A stretch of DNA of 20,000 bases from Atractiella rhizophila (lineage: Eukaryota). Made by a program: the position numbers and the translations under genes. Within the stretch, counting starts at the first letter, position 1. Each line of letters starts with the position of its first letter. The notes below the pieces were generated by a model. It was not told where the DNA came from. It worked only from the letters and a program-made list of their open reading frames with translations, and made no database searches. Of this stretch, positions 1 to 10,514 are shown one piece after another. Where the stretch lies: positions 47,061-67,060 of the forward strand of contig MU271426.1 in assembly GCA_021432655.1 (NCBI GenBank). The letters are read 5' to 3'.

Positions 1-1867
1 CAAGAGACATATTGCGTTCATTGCCTTCCGAATCGTTCCTTCAATTATGGGAACAAAGGACACATTCAGCCCTTTTGGCCTTCAGAAAGCAGCTGGAATC
101 CTTGACTATTCAGTGGCCGACGTCATTATTGCAAGCGACGTTGGCCGTCCAAGGACGTTCGAGGAATGGCTCGCGACGGACGAGATGCAGTCAGTATATA
201 GTGGTTTTGAACTGGAAAATCTGGCTGAACGGGAACATACCAGTCATTGAAGGATGTAATCAAAGTTGCTCTTTTCTCTGATGCGCTTCCGCAAGGCATT
301 GGCAACGCGGTCAAGGGCTCGATTCTCAGATTGTATCGGAAGGAGATGGGAGAAGATGTGGCGGAAGGCAGCCACTTATATGACCTGCCGTACCTGTCGC
401 GTGGTTGGAGCAAGCTGACGGCTGGCCAACATGACACGCTTTTGATACGATGTGCAACCCTATGTCGTGCACTTATATTGCTTGCCCAGTATTGAATTAA
501 TGGGAAAGTAGTTGACATTGATGCTCCGACCAGCACCTCTGCGTACTACACCCTACTAGCTTCTCCCATCCTAAACCATGAGCAATCCATTCCACCAGAA
601 GCAGCAGAGTTACGTCAAGAGAGAATTGTTCGATTGTTTGGGCATGACGCCGTGATGGGAGAATGGAAGAACGATATTACAAACCTGAAGGATCAGGTCT
701 CCCTCTCTATATAAGAAACTCTTGCTCACAGAGAGCGCAGCTGCTTATGATTTGCAAGAAGAAGATCTTGCAATCAATTGCTGTCGTCGACAGATTGCAG
801 CGGTCGCTCACAGCAGGGAAACAAGGAGAAGAAGGTCATTTGTTGCCTTTTAACAGTGCTGGAAGTACTGACAGATGATGAATAGATGTCAAAAATATAC
901 TGGGTCTCGCTAAGCTCATACCGGATCCTCGAGGATGTGAGGCAGCGGCCAACGTTGTCGCAAAATGGGTCTCAACACAGGCGACTAAAGGCAGCCGAAT
1001 GGAGAGTGTATGGGACGACGGTCCGGTGTATCACGCCGCAGACGGAGCTCAAGAGGAATTCACTCCAACATTATTTGTCCAGGAGACAATCGTTGTCTTG
1101 AATGCTGTCTTGTCGCATGTGAGGACGTTGGGGGAAGGACCATTCTTTGATCTGGTTACGTATCAGGTGTCTTTTTTTTTTTGAAGTGAATGTTTCCATC
1201 GCTGATGCCTGACGCCGCTCAGTCTTCGACAGCTCTCGTAAACGCAACAGAACAGGCGGGGAAGCTGCTTTCATCATACCTTGACAAAGCCTTGAGGAAA
1301 CGAGAAGATCCATTGCGCACACGTTCACTCGATGACAGCGTCAAAGATGTGGTTGGGTCTTCCAGGTTATCTACAGTACAACGTATAAGCTAAAGTCCAT
1401 CCAGTTGCAAATATATCCTTTCCTGCAACCGAAAGACATCTTTCTTCAACTGCATGGTCAACGTCTTGCTAGAAGGATCGTACAATTCGAATGTTTCCAT
1501 GAGGAGAAGGAAAGTGACATCGCTAGGCTTGTTTCGGAGGGAGAATCACAGTACGGACGGAAGATCCCCAGGATTCTCGCAGGTACCTGCCTTCTCATAT
1601 TACCAGCGCTTAAAGCTGAATTTTTTGGTAGATATAGACTTTTCAAACTCATTGGTTAATCGATTTATTCATGAGAGAAGGAGAAGGGCCAGCGTCAGTT
1701 TTTCCCTTTCAGGCGTGCCGGAGGCAAGTTTACGATTTCACGCCTTTTTATTTTCTGCTTCTGCGCTAGCTTTCTCTCCATCCAAGCTCGATGGCACCAG
1801 AATCCCGGAAGAGCTCAAATCTTTACATGATGAATTCAATGAGTATTTCACACAGGAGCAACGGTAG
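1..1867 (+). pseudogene. Highly diverged cullin-like gene, multi-exon, 5' end probably outside the window, C-terminus replaced by hAT sequence
   Basis: Splicing predicted introns (835-885, 1167-1222, 1352-1404, 1583-1631) joins cullin-like segments in order: TSAYYTLLASPIL..EAAELRQERIVRLF, EEDVKNILGLAKLIPD, PTLFVQETIVVL, AGKLLSSYLDKALRK, PFLQPKDIFLQLHGQRLARRIV..HEEKESDIARL, YGRKIPRILADIDFSNSL, IPEELKSLHDEFNEYF. These match cullin repeat and cullin-homology motifs (PELLAKY.D, KDVF..FY...LAKRL, LP.EL....F..FY). No winged-helix/neddylation domain follows. Exon structure before ~500 is not resolved. Confidence 0.75.
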
Positions 1868-1887
1868 GTTTAAGTCCATCGCTTAAT

Positions 1888-3436
1888 ATGAAGGCTCAAG
1901 ATGTTATAATCGACTTCCAAGAGCTTGAGGGTGCACATACAGGAGAAGCCATTGCAGAGGCACTTATGAAGACGATTGACGACTATGGTATTGACAGGCA
2001 GGTATGTCGTCAACTGCCTTTTAACACATTATCTTAACTTACCTTTGTAAACTCTTGCAGCTAGGATGCATCACCGGAGATGGGGCCTCAAATAATACGA
2101 CTGCTGTCGAAGCAATTGAATCACAAATGCTTGATCGTGGGATCCCCTTCAATGCAAAAGAACGCCGCATGTTCTGTACTCCGCACGTCATTCATCTTGC
2201 TGCCATGGAGCTTCTGAAAGTCATAGGTGCGTTCCCTGAGAAGGAGAAAGAGGATGAGGCAAAGGGATCAGTCGCATGGCAAGAGGAAGTCACTAGGAAA
2301 ATCAAGTTGGGGGGGGGAGAGCTACCGTTTGAAGACAATATGGATATTGATGTTCAGGTTGGAATGGTGAAGGAAACCCTGGCTAAGGTATGTCTTTCTT
2401 CTCTTATTATATTGCTAATTACTGTCAACAGCTTCGTTATATTGTCAAACATCTTCGTTTGACACCTCAAAGGCGGAGGGGATGGTTCAAGGTACTTGAG
2501 GAAACACTTGACGGACTTGGAACTCTGTCAAATGAGCAGCTCAAGGTTCTTATCGTTGATTGTCGTACTCGTTGGTCGTCAACACATGACATGCTCACGC
2601 TCTGCCTTCGATATCGGGAGGCAATAGAGAAGTACGTTGATCAATGTGGGCTAGAGCGGCAAAAGTTGTGGAATGCGGAGTGGGAAGTGGGTTGAAGCGG
2701 TCACGAAATGGCTCGAATCTTTCCGCAATGCGACTATCGAGATGTCGACAACATCCTCTCCATCCCTCTCATCAACGATAGGAGTGTATTACGGACTGAT
2801 GGGGGAACTGAAGGAGTTCATTGCGACAATGCCTGGGACCCTTCCGAAGCCATTTCAAGATGGTTTGGTGAAGGCCCATCTCAAGTTGAGCACCTACAAC
2901 GCTGTCTTGGATGATTGACCTTACCCCCTGTGGTCTGTTTGTGAGTAACTTGTGTTCCTTAGACATCTTTAACCTCATGCTGGTTAGTTCTTTACCCACG
3001 ACTCAATCATCACTTCCTTTCAAATGCTATTTTTGATGAGCACAGGGAAACGATTGCAGCTAGCAAGGCCGCCTTGATCGAACATTTCAAGACCAACTAC
3101 CTTCGTAAAAGCCAACCACCATCTTCCCACACCTCTTCTCCTTCTGAATCCTTCAAGCACGTTCTAACGTCTGCAGCAACAGCACTCACATATTCAGCAA
3201 AGCTTATGCAGAAGGCAAATCAACAAGCAAAGGTGTTTCACAAGGATGAGGATCAGCAACCGAACCTTTGGTTCAGTCTTCCTCTATTGGACTGGATGGA
3301 GGATCCGTTGGAGATTTATCGTGTGCGGTCGAAAACAGATTTGAACGTGATTGAGAACGGGTGGAACCAAGAATGCGCAGAGGGTGAAGGAAGAATCGAT
3401 GCTGAGGTGCTGAATGATTATGGACCGATTTTCTAA
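1888..3436 (+). mobile_element. Degenerate hAT (Ac-like) DNA transposase, central RNase H-like region
   Basis: IIDFQELEGAHTGEAIAEAL; ITGDGASNN; RMFCTPHVIHLAA (CxxH); LIVDCRTRWSSTHDML (TRW); F.NATIEMS...PSLS. Introns 2002-2060, 2388-2431, 2941-2987. Frameshift near 2690 and premature TGA at 2916-2918. The C-terminal dimerisation domain is not recognisable. Confidence 0.92.
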
Positions 3437-3452
3437 ACATTGTGCGATTAAG

Positions 3453-3473
3453 GATGAGTACTCGATGAGTACT
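3453..3473. repeat. Tandem GATGAGTACT x2, possible transposon subterminal repeat
   Basis: Copies at 3453-3462 and 3464-3473, including palindromic GAGTACTC. Related TACTC/GAGTA motifs cluster at ~6720-6830. Confidence 0.4.
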
Positions 3474-4009
3474 AGACGGGGAACTCTAAATTTAGGATTC
3501 GGGTCATTGATGTGTCCATTGATTTAGTCCAATTCGTCTAAGATTCAAGAATTATTCTACCAAAAATCTGAGTGCGTGAACGATTTGTCCAACAATGCAT
3601 TTCTTAGTGATACCTCTACGCTGCGTACTCGATTTGTGTTATCTGTCCAGATGCCGCTTTATGGAGGGATCACACTGGATTATCTGAACATGGTCAAATG
3701 GTCGTATTGGGGGTTAGCTTGGGGTGACAGAATCGTGTGCCTCCTCCTTTCGCCACTTGCACACTTGCGCGTTTAGTTTCCTGCGAGCACTTTCTGGAAC
3801 TGTGGCCAACCTTTTGCCACAGGGATCTAGCTGTTATAAAAGCTTGTAAAGCTGCAAGTGCAAGACTTATACTCATTGTTATCTCGCACTTTGCAGCACT
3901 TGCACATTTGTCATGGGGTACTGTGCTCAAAGACAGCTCAGAGCTCCTCCGTATCTTTGCCATCAATCACTCTCACCAAGAAAAGCGCAAGAAAAGCAAA
4001 AAACGGGGA

Positions 4010-4435
4010 GAGGAACAGCTCTGGATTGTGACTGCTGATTTAGAGACACTTTATCCCAACATCAAGACAGAAGATAGTATCAGGAGCATACATGAGATGT
4101 TGCAATCAGATGCCAAACCGGAATGGTCCAAGAGGGAATTAGAGGGAATTCATTTGTTTATATGCTATGATTCATGCTGCAACAGACCTACATCCAGTTT
4201 CAAGGCAGGTGCTACCAGCAGAAGAATGGCACTGCCATGGGGACTCCAGTCACGGTGCAGTATGTGAATCTGTACCTATACCTGCTTGAGAAGGACCTTG
4301 TTGAACGCTGGCTCCTCTACCAACAGACTCATACTCTTCAAGAGATATATTGATGACATCGTTGCCCTCATCTTTGGAACATGGGACCAAACAGAAGCCT
4401 TTGTCAATGAGTACAACTTTTTAAACCCACGATAC
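4010..4435 (+). mobile_element. Penelope-like element (PLE) reverse transcriptase fragment, frameshifted
   Basis: Three frames give, in order: WIVTADLETLYPNI (motif A), YIQFQGRCYQQKNGTAMGTPVTVQYVNLYL (motif B', GTAMGTP at 4228-4248) and LFKRYIDDIVALIFG (catalytic YIDD at 4346-4357). This spacing and D..SLY.NI / G.AMG.P pattern are PLE-type. Confidence 0.88.
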
Positions 4436-4580
4436 GTCTCATACATCCATCTCAGGAGTTTACTTTAAATGGGTGCCCTATCTCCATGAAGAGCTAGGAA
4501 GAAGCAGGTAGAGGAGAAGGAGGTAGTCGGGGATGAGAGGAGGCAGAGAATGGTTTCCCGGTGCTTGTAACGTTACTAAA

Positions 4581-4655
4581 TCACAATGGAGAGCTTCATG
4601 ACCTATAGGTCGCCAAAAGCTCGTTAATGGATTTCATCATCATCATCATCATCAT
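4581..4655 (+). repeat. Structured module ending in (CAT)7; probable non-LTR retrotransposon/SINE 3' end
   Basis: TCACA 4581, GGAGAG 4588-4593, palindrome GACCTATAGGTC 4600-4611, CAAAAGCTC 4614-4622, (CAT)7 4635-4655. A second copy lies on the minus strand at 5627-5704. Confidence 0.55.
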
Positions 4656-4812
4656 GTCTCCATTCTGTTCAGCTCTTCCTCACCTTGTTTCCCCGCATAC
4701 ACCAGTATTTTCTGTGGTTATTTGCTTGGCAGTACACCTCCCTGATTGGCATTCTGCGACCTTTAGTCCTCAGGATGAGTCCCTGGGTAACATTCTTGGT
4801 GGGAACAACTTT

Positions 4813-5250
4813 GCTAAAACACTGTTGACAGAGTTCTTCACCTACTGTTGGGAAAACCCCAACATTACTGAAGACCTTACCTATCCTAAGGCTCCCTAAT
4901 TCCTTACCTGGAAGTCAGGCTCACACTCTTGGACAATCTGGGAGAGACAAGAAGGCATCGGCCATATCTACTCTGTTGCGCCGTCACAAGGGAAGGATCT
5001 CCGAATGCTTCTGCATCAGATCGCCAGCTTGAAATCTTTTGAGGATATTCGAACCATCGAGGGAACTGTCTATGAGACTTTTGAGACTACATGTGTGGCA
5101 CTTGGGCTCTTAGAAAGTGACAAAGAATAGGATTATTGTCTCAATGAAGCCAGCATGATCAAGAATGGCTTTGTGATGCGATCTCTGTTTGTCCACATCC
5201 TGCTATTTGGAATTGCCAGTGAATCCAGAAGATTATGGGGCAGCCATCAT
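4813..5250 (+). mobile_element. Helitron Rep/Pif1 helicase linker fragment (pseudogenised)
   Basis: TLLTEFF..C..N....DLTY...P*FLTW; IGHIYSVAPSQG; LRMLLHQIASLKSFEDIRTIEGTVYETF; then frameshift to CVALGLLESDKE*DYCLNEAS...MRSLFVHILLFG...RLW. Matches the conserved Helitron segment IGR.Y...P..GE..YLR.LL....G..SFEDLRTV.G..Y.TF..AC...GLL..D.EW...L.EA. Confidence 0.92.
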
Positions 5251-5626
5251 GAGCAATACTCCAGGGGGGAAAAGTTGCCGTGGAACCCACGGGACACCGG
5301 GGCAAGATTAGGTCTTGCATGTTCCACCAGTTCCTTTCTTCAGCAGGCATAGATCGCGGATAGGGGCCGGTGTGCCTGTACACAATGGTCATAGGTCACC
5401 ATCACAAGGACTGGAAGTCAAAGGGGAGAAGTCGAGGGACCTTTCGAAGAAAGAAGTTGATTTGATGACAACCAGTGGTAAGAGACGATCGCACACTCTT
5501 GAACAAGCAGGGAACCATGTCCTTTCCAGTGGATATCCTCCTCCAAACTTCAGGTTCACCAGCCCCTCTGCTCTAAGCCTTTTAGGCTTCCACAGAGTAG
5601 GAAGTGTGTGGAGGGTTTAATCGGGG

Positions 5627-5704
5627 TGATGATGATGATGATGAAGTCATATTATAGAGCTTTTTGAACCGATTGCTTCTTTCAAGGCATCTCTCCGGCT
5701 GTGA
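5627..5704 (-). repeat. Second structured module ending in (TCA)6; probable non-LTR retrotransposon/SINE 3' end
   Basis: Minus strand reads TCACA-gcc-GGAGAG-ATGCCTTGAAAGAAGCAATCGGTT-CAAAAAGCTC-tataatatgac-T(TCA)6; same layout as 4581-4655. Confidence 0.55.
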
Positions 5705-5764
5705 GTAGAATGCAGCAAAGAAAGATCACCTCAAATCGATGAAACAGAAGGACAACAGTGGACC

Positions 5765-6638
5765 TAGTGCCCATTACTATCCCATTCATCTGTTTTTCAA
5801 GTTCTGATGGTGACGGGACGGGTTAACACGTCCTGCACATCCCATCAAACTTACATTGACGGGGACGGGCGGTGGATGCTACAATATGTGTTCAGACAGG
5901 CAGGAAAGAGGGTGTGCTGGAGTGGGAGATCACTGTTGCTATGCTAATCATGAAATAAATTGATTTCAATCATGGAAAATTAAATTACAGTTTTCAGCAG
6001 TGTGTGCAATCACTGTCCGACCTTGCTCCGACTCAATCTGCATCAATAGTGATAACCTGTTGAGTAGAAGATCAACTGGAAGGCTCAAAAAGCCATTGCA
6101 ATGTTCCTTCTTACATTGAGTCCACCAACAATGCAAAGCATCAGCTTTTGGATGGCTTCCGCCTTGAGGGAAGCATGACGAAAAGAAATAACGTCTCTCT
6201 GTAGAAAATACATGTTTAACTGTGACCGCAGAGGCTGCAGTAAGATCTGCTTCAGAGAGCACATAGAATAGAACAATGCCACTAACCCGGAATGCAGAGG
6301 ATGCCACTAGCTAGCGAGCTCAAAGCTTTATAACATCCTCCTTTTGCCTGCTCATTCCACCATGCCATCAGGTCGGTATCATCGTCCCCTTCTGGTACTC
6401 CATCCTCTGAGTCTTGGAGCTTGTGCAAGTGTTTCCAAAGCTGATTGAGTATGTGATCCATGGTTGTGGTGACAATTCGAGCCCTTCTCCAGATACATTT
6501 ACCAAGCTTCTGCTTTGTGACTGATGCTTTGGAGGATACATTTTGCAGCTCCGTGTAAGATGCTACAGTGGTGGTTGAGGTGAGGTCACTGTATTCTTTG
6601 TCGAACTTCTTCTTCAAAAGATCATTCACATTCTCCAA
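5765..6638 (-). mobile_element. hAT element 3' end: C-terminal dimerisation domain plus subterminal repeats
   Basis: DLMAWWNEQAKGGCYKALSSLASGILCIP|ASAVTVKHVFS..RDVISFRHASLKAEAIQKLML (intron 6286-6235, frameshift ~6198) matches the hAT dimerisation consensus WW....YP.L..LA...L.IP.S....ER.FS...I..RR.SL. GACGGG(G)ACGGG repeats at 5812-5822 and 5858-5869. Possible TIR start TAGTG at 5765 (uncertain). Confidence 0.88.
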
Positions 6639-6690
6639 CAGATAATATTCAAAACTATGATGAGGATCTTCAAAAGTTGCTAACCCATGC

Positions 6691-6861
6691 CAGGGATTAA
6701 AGAAACCAATGAATTAATTATACTCGTAGGTACAGGACCCATACTCACGAGTACTGATCATTTGAAAGTTGATTTGTGACTTGTTGTGGATGAGCAGCAC
6801 AAGTACCCTTGACTCATGAGTATTACTCACAGGTACCTGTAGATTACCCACTCTCTTCCTG
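6691..6861. repeat. TACTC/GAGTA/TACC-rich short repeat cluster, probable non-autonomous DNA transposon end
   Basis: TACTCGTAGGTAC, TACTCACGAGTACT, GACTCATGAGTATTACTCACAGGTACCTGT; bracketed by CAGG (6691) and CCTG (6858-6861). The TIR match is weak. Confidence 0.35.
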
Positions 6862-7639
6862 AGTCATCAAAAATGAAGACTGTAGTGTGGATAATTTAAT
6901 ATAAAGTCAAATATACCACTACATTCACTTTAATATGGCTTGTTATAGTTAAAACCCTTAAAATGACTACCTTCATGGCTCAAATATATGTATTTACCAT
7001 AAAACTTCACCTTAGGTACACAAGCAACTCAGTTAGACAAGGAACAGATGGAAGGCAAGTTGAAAAGAGTCCTGCAGCATTATGAGCAGGACAGCAGGCT
7101 AAGAAAGGCACTTACTCTTAACATTCGAAACTTTTACAGTGTAAAGGCCAGAAACTTGAAGGTGATTACCCATGAGCGAAAAAAGTGCGCACCAGTAGGA
7201 GACAGATCAATTTCAACGGCTACATTGGCGAGCACTGCCAAAGCAGTGGCTGCTTTGGATTCTACTGTCATTTTGAAGTGAGGCTACGAAACTGGTTAAT
7301 CTAGGCAATGTGGATAAAGCACATACGTTCCCTGTTGACTGCACTTTGGATGGTTGACTACAGAGGGAAGTTTGGGTGGTAATCTGATGAAGTGCTCCCT
7401 AGCAGCCGTAATCAATACCAATCAACCAACAAAGTAAGAGATAAACATGGGGCCAGTTTCTTGCAGTTGTTTACGGCAATTTTATGTTTCTCTCTACCGG
7501 CTCCAATCAAGAAAGGTTTATGTTGAGGATGGAACTAAGCTCACCGGTGTATGCAAGTTTGAAATAATTTCTACTTCAGGCTGTCGAATAACAAACCATG
7601 TTCATTCTCAGCAAAGAACATTCAAAAGGAACACACACC

Positions 7640-8185
7640 AAAGTGTTTGTCCTGTCTGCTTGATATCTCGCTCCTTTTTTCTCCCTCTTCCTCCGAGCAT
7701 CATTCCGATTTGCAATATAGTTTTGAATGAGCTTCTTTGCCTTCCAGTTATTATAACATAGACCAATTCTGGAACCTGAGCTGATTAGAGATTGACAACA
7801 GAGCTGGATGAGATGCGGATGCCCCTTAGGAAACTGAAAAGACAGTCTTATTTGGAAAAGTGTCTACTGGGATTTTCGCGTTCTTTAGTTGCAGTTCCTG
7901 ATTCTTTGCCTCCAAGTCCACAATTCAACTTCTTTGATACATTCTGCCCTGGTCCGCCTCAGCAATACGAGCCTTGAAATTGTCTTGATTTTCAAGGAGC
8001 GAACTAAGGAGGAGTTGAAGGTTGTTGGAGGAGAGATTTGGGGTTGGTGGAGCTTTGTGTGCAAGGGCATTGAATGAGAGAGCGGTTGAACAGGTTCCTT
8101 GGCCATAAGGGCCAGGAGATGATCCTAAAAGTGCTGACAAGTCGCTGTTAGACCCTGTGGTGTGTGGTGTTGAGTCTGAAGACAT
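7640..8185 (-). pseudogene. Degenerate hypothetical coiled-coil ORF, divergent from the CACTA-like transposase
   Basis: MSSDSTPHTTGSNSDLSALLG...NLQLLLSSLLENQDNFKARIAE..., TGA at 7925-7927, then IVDLEAKNQELQLKN and later CYNNWKAKKLIQNYIANRNDARRKR. No family recognised with confidence. Confidence 0.3.
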
Positions 8186-8359
8186 CTTGAGAAGGTCAGT
8201 GGCTGTTTTGAAAAGTAAACAAGAGTATTTTGTATTGTAGCTGCACATGATTCTACAAGGCGCCTGCTAGTCATTTATCTGCAAATAAATCAGAAGCAAT
8301 CTCTTCTTTACCGATAGCTTTATGCCACAGCAGAATTGACATCAAAATACGAGCCAAAG

Positions 8360-9926
8360 ATCCATGTTTCTGCTATTCCAAAAAGTGTTATGAAAAGCAG
8401 AATGGACAGGTGGTTTGGCTAGATCCCAGAACTATTCGAGAGCATCGCAAAAAAGATCTCACTCTGACACAATGTTTGCACTCACAGGGTCTTCCTATTA
8501 TCTCAGAGTTGCAGGTGGCTCTGGATTTCTTTACCCAAATACCGCCAGCAACCTATGTGGCGTGTGGCCATATCTGCTTTAAGAAGACAGCAAGCACTTG
8601 AAGAACAGAGAAATGATGGAGAAGAGACTCTAGAAGGACAACATGCAGAACTCATGTTGGATGTAATGGCATCAAGCCTAGGAAGGTATGCACTCATATT
8701 CATTCACCTAACAACCACCAATTGCCCTGCAGCCCAAAAAATACTCCAACTGATGCACATCACAACCTCCCGATACTCTCAACCCTTCCTCTTTCTCCTC
8801 TCCATCAAGCCATAACAGAGAACAATGATGATCAAGAGTCGGATAAGGAACTGCATCTGCATCTAGATGGCCGATATGGTTTTGCAGACATGCAGGGGAG
8901 ATCGCACATGGCAGGAGGATCTGAAGGAGAAGACGTGGAGGAGTCGGCAGGATTCAAAGGGTCAGACGTTGAAGATGGTGATGAGAGTGTGAGCAATCCT
9001 GAGAGTGGTAGTGAAGAACATCATCAAGGTGGCATCGATCTGGACGAGTAGATTGCACAGAGTTTCTGACGTCGGTGAGGAACTTAAGCAAGAATTTCCT
9101 CACCTTCTACCTCCCGACAATCCTCCACCAGATCTACCCACTTTCCCACCGTCAGTTCCTCCTGACAATGAAGAGCTGCTGCCAAGCCTTTGGCATTGGT
9201 ACGCTTGGACCAAAACCCATGGAACAGTTGAGCAGTACAATCGATATGCCAACAATCTGCGTGTACAAGGCAACAAAATCAATGTTCTCAAGCTCTACAT
9301 TCCTCACGTTGACACCTCTCCTAAACTGACAAAAAGAACAAACACTTTTCCACCAAATCATGGTCTAGGACGTTTGATTCTGCTCTTGAAAGCAGTATCT
9401 TGACCAGACTTAGGTCTTACCTTACGTTCGTTTCTGAACTGAATATGAAAGTGAAGACATTGCTAAGATATATTCTCAATGAGAGAAGTCGGACAAAATG
9501 CGTCTTGCAGATGGACTCATTGGAGAATGAAAGTCGGCAATGTAATGCTATAAGGCGAGCACGTCACTTCGTTGTAAGTCATGCAATCTATTGTCTCCCA
9601 TAGCTTGACTGATTTATGGAAAGTATGAATATGGTGGGAAGGAAGGATATGCTGAGGCAATAATATACATAAGATTGCCCACCAATCTAGCAGTTTCCAG
9701 CGTAACACACATTGTTGTCAGCCATTGTATTTCTGTTGCACAAACTCTCCCAGGAGAGACTGTTTCGGGAAGGTGGGACGAAGCCTTGACTGTGCTGCCC
9801 TGCAGGGCGGTCAAAGACTTGATTGGCATCTTCCAACCGGCCACCTCTCCGTCCAAAGTGTATGTTCTCAAGAAGAATCCTTGGACCGACATTGTAGACA
9901 GCCATTTGGAGGAGGATACAGAGTAA
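8360..9926 (+). mobile_element. Internally deleted fungal CACTA/En-Spm-like transposase relic
   Basis: N-terminal PCFCYSKKC...WLDPRTIREHRKKD (C/H cluster), an acidic linker, then LPSLWHWYAWTKTHGTVEQYNRYANNL...VLKLY, resembling the segment that precedes Transposase_21 in basidiomycete CACTA proteins. C-terminal RRARHFV|YEYGGKEGYAEAIIY...GRWDE...VKDLIGIF.....VYVLKKNP (intron 9574-9623). No catalytic core between ~9300 and ~9500. Confidence 0.6.
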
Positions 9927-10514
9927 TATAATATTATCTTAAAGACAGCAAGATCTGAGATACAGAATCTATTTGATATGCGGCGTGCAGCCACTGTTTG
10001 AAAATCCAACACCAAAGACTGACATACCGACCAAAAGCTCATCGATCAAAGCCATGCAACAACTACAATCATTAAATCCCTCTCCGTCACTCTCCATTCC
10101 ATTACAAATACGGTGCAAAAAACAGATCCCAGTTGTCAGCGAACGGGAGGAAGGTGGAGGCGGAGAGGCGTCGTCGGAAGTAGTGGAGGGAACCCACCTG
10201 CGAAAGACAATATCAATCAGTTTACACAATATACAAATGTGACAGTGGGACGATACCTTCTGACTCCTAATGCCTACCGCTGGTACTTGTGCGCTAGAAC
10301 AAGGAGTGCAATATGAGCTGAGAACGTCGTCGATAGACGACGGACGGCATTGATACAAGCACCAACACCGAAACGGAGCTGAAAAACTGCTGACATCGGA
10401 CTGTCGAACATTCAGTCACTTTTGGCAGACTGAACTTCGCCCATGCAGTACCTGGCTTTTGACGGAACTGACTGAATTCTTACCGAACCCTGTTTTCTTA
10501 GAGATTCAACCTTT

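Noticed and set aside
1864..1900. Spliced in-frame cullin-hAT fusion
   Set aside because: The GTAGGT..AAG intron would be only 30 nt and leads out of frame to a stop (RLKML*), not into the transposase frame.
3737..3960. N-terminal part of the 176-aa ORF as RT coding sequence
   Set aside because: The region is built from CACTTGC/GCAAGTG short repeats, more like a transposon subterminal stretch; RT similarity begins only near 4010.
4590..4622. SECIS element (ATGA...AAAA hairpin)
   Set aside because: No GA/AG quartet geometry with correctly placed apical AA; better explained as a retroelement 3' tail structure.
7270..7400. Hammerhead ribozyme (CGAAAC at ~7287, CTGATGA at 7384) as expected in PLE pLTRs
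   Set aside because: No closing stems I-III could be drawn around the core motifs, and the site is far from the PLE fragment.
10325..10342. Perfect hairpin CGTCGTC-GATA-GACGACG as a Helitron 3' terminator
   Set aside because: No CTRR end at the expected ~10-12 nt distance on either strand, and the stem is made of low-complexity GTC repeats.
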